From positions 1-40,414 of the forward strand of contig UYFQ01000831.1 of assembly GCA_900617105.1 (NCBI GenBank): DNA of 40,414 nucleotides, read 5' to 3'. The DNA comes from Hydrurus foetidus (Eukaryota). The notes beneath the pieces are model-generated. The model was given only the letters and a program-made list of their open reading frames with translations. It was not told where the DNA came from and did not search any database. Position 1 is the stretch's first letter; each line of letters begins with the position of its first letter. Made by a program: the position numbers and the translations under genes. Shown one piece after another: positions 35,901 through 40,414 of this stretch.

Positions 35901-38900
35901 ATTGTATTGTATTGTATTGTATTGTATTGTGTTGTGTTGTGTTGTATTGTGTTGTGTTGTATTGTATTGTGTTGTGTTGTGTTGTGTTGTGTTGTATTGT
36001 ATTGTATTGTGTTGCGTTGTATTGTGTTGTATTGTGTTGCGTTGTGTTGTATTGTATTGTATTGTATTGTATTGTATTCTATTGTATTGTGTTGCGTTGT
36101 ATTGTGTTACGTTGTGTGATATTATCTTTGTTTTAGTGTAGTGTAGTGTAGTGTAATGCAGTTTAGTTTAGTTTAGTTTAGTTCCGTCATATTTCTGTAC
36201 TATCAATGACGAACCGTAATAAGAATGTAATAAAATAGAATAAAAATGAGATAAATTGAAAGATAGTGCGGAGTGGGGTAGCGAGGATGTTTCAGATAAG
36301 TAATGTCACATGCTACGATATAAAAGGATATCATAAAATAGATCGTTTATATGACACTGCAATAACCTGAATGCAAAATACCAAAATAAAAAAGTGAAAA
36401 AGAATAAATCACTGAAATAAAATCAAAAAACAAAATATAGCACCACGCATGGTGATGAACAGTTGAAACAATCACAACATGAATTAAATTAAATCGAATG
36501 ACGTACTTGACCCTTGTAGACCAATTGCCACAGCTCGCGAATTATTTTATTTATTTCTTTTATTTTCAAAGTATGAAAATTTTGCAAGGCTCGATCTCTA
36601 AAATTTGAAAATTTGAAAATTTGAAAATTACAAGAATTTCGGAACGAGAATTAGTGAAGAAAATTTCATTTTCGGATGAAAATTTGAATTGGCTGTTATG
36701 TGTGAGTCGTAATGAATGCACCACTAAATCTCCGAATCATTGATGCTTAACTTTAGTTCACGATGATGTTTAATCTTTACTGCCCTCCTTTTCAAATTAA
36801 GTCCGAAACAATATTTGACGCTCTGCAGCTGATCGAGCTATTAAAATTAACATAACAGTGATTCAACTAGTTTTTGACAACTTGTTGAAGTACACATTAC
36901 TTTTTTTCTATTTTTCAGAGAGATGGGTGAAGGTGCAGAGATGGTAATTTTTTCTATACATCGAATACACAATTATTTGTTCGTGCATAATTACAAATCT
37001 ACACTCAATATGAAGGTAACAATGAATACCACGCACATAACACAATCGGTCTACTCACAGCGCATCGTAGTATGATCCCAAGTCCACCACTGCCAGTGAA
37101 GTCGTTTCGAACTCGATTGTTTTCTTTCTGTGTCGCTCACCCACACCTCTGCAGCAAAATGAAATAAAGGGGGGAGAGGAGTTCATAGGGTTAGACGAGA
37201 AAAAGGGTAAATAGGGAAGAAAAAGAAGAAGAGGAAGAAGAAGAAAAGAAATAGGAAATAGAAACGATGAAAAAGAGTATTAGAATAATGCAAAGGTTGG
37301 ACTACAATATTACACAACACAACACATCACAACACAACACAACACAACACAACACATCACAACACAACACAACACATCACAACACCTCATCATACCATAT
37401 CAAATCATATCAAATACGGTCCAGTACAACAAGACCTTTAGGCTCATCATAAAACCCTTCCCAGAGAACAGAATAGAATACTAAAATACCATCCTCCCAA
37501 TACCAAAGCTCAGAAGGCGCCACACACGAACACACTTTACATACACAATGTTCGTGTACGTACACAGTACACACATAGTACGTACGCAGTACGTACTTGT
37601 ACGTCGGTCCGTTCAGCTTTGCTTTTAAATCGGAAAATTTCTCATCGTATATTTCCAGTTTGCCTCCTATTGCTGCGCTTTCCGCTGATAGCTTCTCCTT
37701 CTCTTGCTGACCTCGTAGAAGCTCTCTGGTGACAGCATGGAAATGAGGGGGAAAAGAAGGAAAAGAATGACCGAAAAAAAAGAGAATTAGAATCACACTC
37801 GGACAAACGGACACACACTCAAATATGTACACAAAATCAAGTCTGTACGTACGAACGCACGTACGTACACAATTACCACTAACCTTTCAGCATCTTTCAA
37901 ACTCCCACTACCTCTTTCTCTACCTCCCTCCCCATTTCCCCCTACTCTATTTTCCTCTTCTACCATCTTAATCACCACGTCTTGTAATCTCTCCCTCTCC
38001 CTCTCACACTCCCTCATTTCTTTGTTGTCTTTTATTAATCTTTTGGTATTGTCGCTTGAAAGAAGTTCGGCATTCAATGCTGTTATTTGGGGATGATGGG
38101 TCCGCAGTCCATCCTGTGCGTGTAAATGAAATCAAATGAAATCAAATCAAATCAAATAAAATCAAATAAAATCGAATGAAGAGTGGCAACAAACGCAAAT
38201 GAGTTAATAAAGGTAAGTAGAAAAAATACAAAATATCGTTTTGATTACGTAAAGATGAAACACAAAAGAGCGCCAAAAAATAAATAATAAAATAAGACAA
38301 TATATAACAAGAAAATAAAATAAAATAAAAATAATTCAACACGCAGGAAACTAGAATAAAAATGCGATCTGCGAGATAGTACGAGACTCACTTCTTTTAG
38401 TTCTATTTCAGCATGTATAGATTTCAATTGAGAAAGCACAGAGTTGAGATCTGACTTGTTACTAAGTGCCGAGAGTTTTTCGAGACCTTGAAGAGATCGG
38501 ACGAGACCGTCCCTGAAGAATTAAGAAAATTAGATGATAGTAAAGAAAATCAGGTAGATATTAATGAAATTAGATGGTGATTAAGATAAGTAAAAGAGAA
38601 AATTCAAACATTAAAATGAAACATTTGGACGGTGGGATTTCGCGAGAAGAAAAATGAATTGCGTAGTGTTATGTGACGCAATTTATTTGATAAAATACAA
38701 CAATACATGAGATGAAAAAGTGCAAACTGAATTGAACTTAACATATTAATAATCCCTGTCTTATTACATAGCATGACTTTTACACAAAATAACAATGCAT
38801 TCAATTATATATCACCACATCGCATTAAAACACAATACGCAATAAAGTACGTCAAAAAAAATTATACGACATCAGTCTACAATTACCTATCATTCGTCAA

Positions 38901-40414
38901 ATTTGAAATTTTCAAACCCCAAGAATCTTCTATTTCTTTGGACTCTTTTTTGGCCAGAGCGACTTCTCTCTGTATTATCTCCAATTGGCGATCCGTAATA
39001 TCTCTCTAATTAGGTGGCATTTCCATTTATTTAGGTGGTAATAATTTTATTAGCTGCTTCATTATTTTATCAGTAATTTTGGTTATATTTTTCTCGCTAG
39101 GATTTATAAAATTTTCAGATTGTTTTTTATGGGGGATGATCTGTTAAATTTAACCGGATGAAGCCGTAAAGTTGAGCTTATTCAGATGGAATACTTGTTG
39201 CACGTGTGATAGTAATAACTGTAGAACAATGGTAACAAGTAAAATAATAAAAATCATCACAACAATAATTAAATCATTATTCTTAACATTAAATAAACAA
39301 AAACTAAATTCGACAAGAGTTATTTCGCATTCCTGTAAAGGATGTGAATTTAACAATATGATGTGGGGCAGTGATGTTGATATGACGGTAGTGGTGAATG
39401 GACTACTAAATGAAATATAAACTCGACTGTTAACAGCTGTAGATTGAAGCTGTGCGAAATATTTGAAGTCAAATAAAGAAGAACTAACAAATAAAACACA
39501 ACTCCAAAAATCGATGATAAAAAAATAGCACAACTTTTAACACACCTGATTTTTAATTTCTCTTTTTCTTGCTTCGATTTCAGTGGACTGTGTGTGTAGA
39601 TTCCGTAAAGACAGTTCAAGGTCCGATTGTCTCGCCCCTTTTCTGCGTGCGTCACTGTATACTCTTTCGCGTTCTAGCATCTAATTAATGGATTTAGCAG
39701 CAAATTTAAGAGGTGTGCAGTTAGTTGTTTGTGCCGGAAAATATTGCGAGAAAAATAAAATAAAATAAAATAAAATGAGCGTTTGAAATGCATGAGTAAA
39801 TTCAACGTAGGTAACTTAAAAGTAAGATAGTCAATAATTTAGTACACGAGTCTATTACCTACTAAAGTGTTGTGTAATCTAACAACAGGAGAAAAAACGA
39901 TTTACTGAAAAAGATAACAAAAAAATAAATAAACAAATCAATAAATAAACAGATGGATAAATGGGTAGATAGATAGATAGATAGATAGATAGAGAAGTAA
40001 GTAAATAAATAAAGGCAACAAAATGAGAGCAAAAGAACCCATCAATCTATGTTTTTGGATAGAGCGAAAGATGCAGTGTCAGTACTGACCTGTACGTTCA
40101 ATTGATTTGATTTTTTAATTAATTGCGACTCCTCAGCGATGTATTTTTCTTTTTTAGAAAGTAGATCATCTTTTTTATCTGATCTTTTTCTCTGCTCGTC
40201 TTCTATCTCATCGATGCTTCGACTGTTATCTTCTCCCGCCATACTAAATAAGTAGTGTGACTGTGTTAGCGTGCGTGTGTAAATATGTGTTTGTTGGTGT
40301 AAGTGAGAGAGTGTGTGAGTGAGTGGGTGAGTGAGTGAGTGGGTGAGTGAGTGAGTGGATAAGTGTGTGAGTGAGTGGGTGAGTGGGTGAGTGAGTGGGT
40401 GATGAGTGAGTGAG
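32904..40414 (-). CDS. RAD50: DNA repair protein RAD50, C-terminal exons (5' end beyond the window)
   Basis: Spliced exons give ...[49 protein letters not shown]...[62 protein letters not shown]...[15 protein letters not shown]...RWEDM*. This contains the Rad50 signature (CSAGQ), Walker B/D-loop (LDEPTTNLD) and H-loop (ITHD). Stop at 32904-32906. Confidence 0.97.
34470..34980. repeat. (CATCA)n microsatellite in a RAD50 intron
   Basis: Directly visible. Confidence 0.97.
35193..35369. mobile_element. Foldback/MITE family E, in a RAD50 intron
   Basis: ATTCCGGAATAAAATGAAC.TTTCCGAAAAGCCAAAAAA..GCTGGGGTGCCACTCCC / GGGAGTGGCGCCCTAGC..TTTTTTGGCTTTTCGGAAA.GTTCATTTTATTCCGGAAT. Only one copy in the window. 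Confidence 0.8.
35622..36182. repeat. (ATTGT/GTTGT)n microsatellite grading into (AGTGT)n and (AGTTT)n, in a RAD50 intron
   Basis: Directly visible. Confidence 0.97.
40305..40414. repeat. (GAGT/GGGT)n microsatellite
   Basis: Directly visible, intronic, runs to the window end. Confidence 0.9.

Noticed and set aside
34424..36141. His-rich (HHITS) and Cys-rich (YCIVL) ORFs
   Set aside because: Stop-free pentanucleotide microsatellites within RAD50 introns.
39581..39657. Possible tiny MITE CAGTG...CACTG
   Set aside because: Only 5 bp of terminal complementarity and no second copy in the window.
40305..40414. Possible telomeric repeat at the window end
   Set aside because: (GAGT/GGGT)n is a degenerate tetranucleotide microsatellite in a RAD50 intron, and the gene must continue beyond the window.

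Overview
Eukaryotic, AT-rich, intron-dense genomic DNA, probably from a flagellated protist (a stramenopile is my guess, not established). From left to right: (1) the 3' half of a Ty1/copia LTR retrotransposon (RT-RNase H ORF, PPT, 311-bp 3' LTR) that abuts the outer end of one arm of a ~147-bp inverted duplication; (2) a + strand WD40 gene start (4 exons, 3236-5562) with no WD40 continuation, which splices in phase onto a 22-exon IQCH-like gene (IQ motifs plus an ATP-grasp-like region, 6246-20351) and may be a chimeric gene; (3) a - strand acidic protein gene with a DEK-C-like N-terminal helical segment and an MRC1/Claspin-like motif (32411-21168), carrying two apparent frameshifts; (4) the 3' part of RAD50 (- strand, ending 32904). 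Introns hold large microsatellites and at least nine short inverted-repeat elements in about five families, most of them almost entirely palindromic (foldback) and mostly without visible target-site duplications. In one case the palindrome extends 77 bp perfectly into flanking host DNA. All exon models and coordinates were read by eye; no searches were run.
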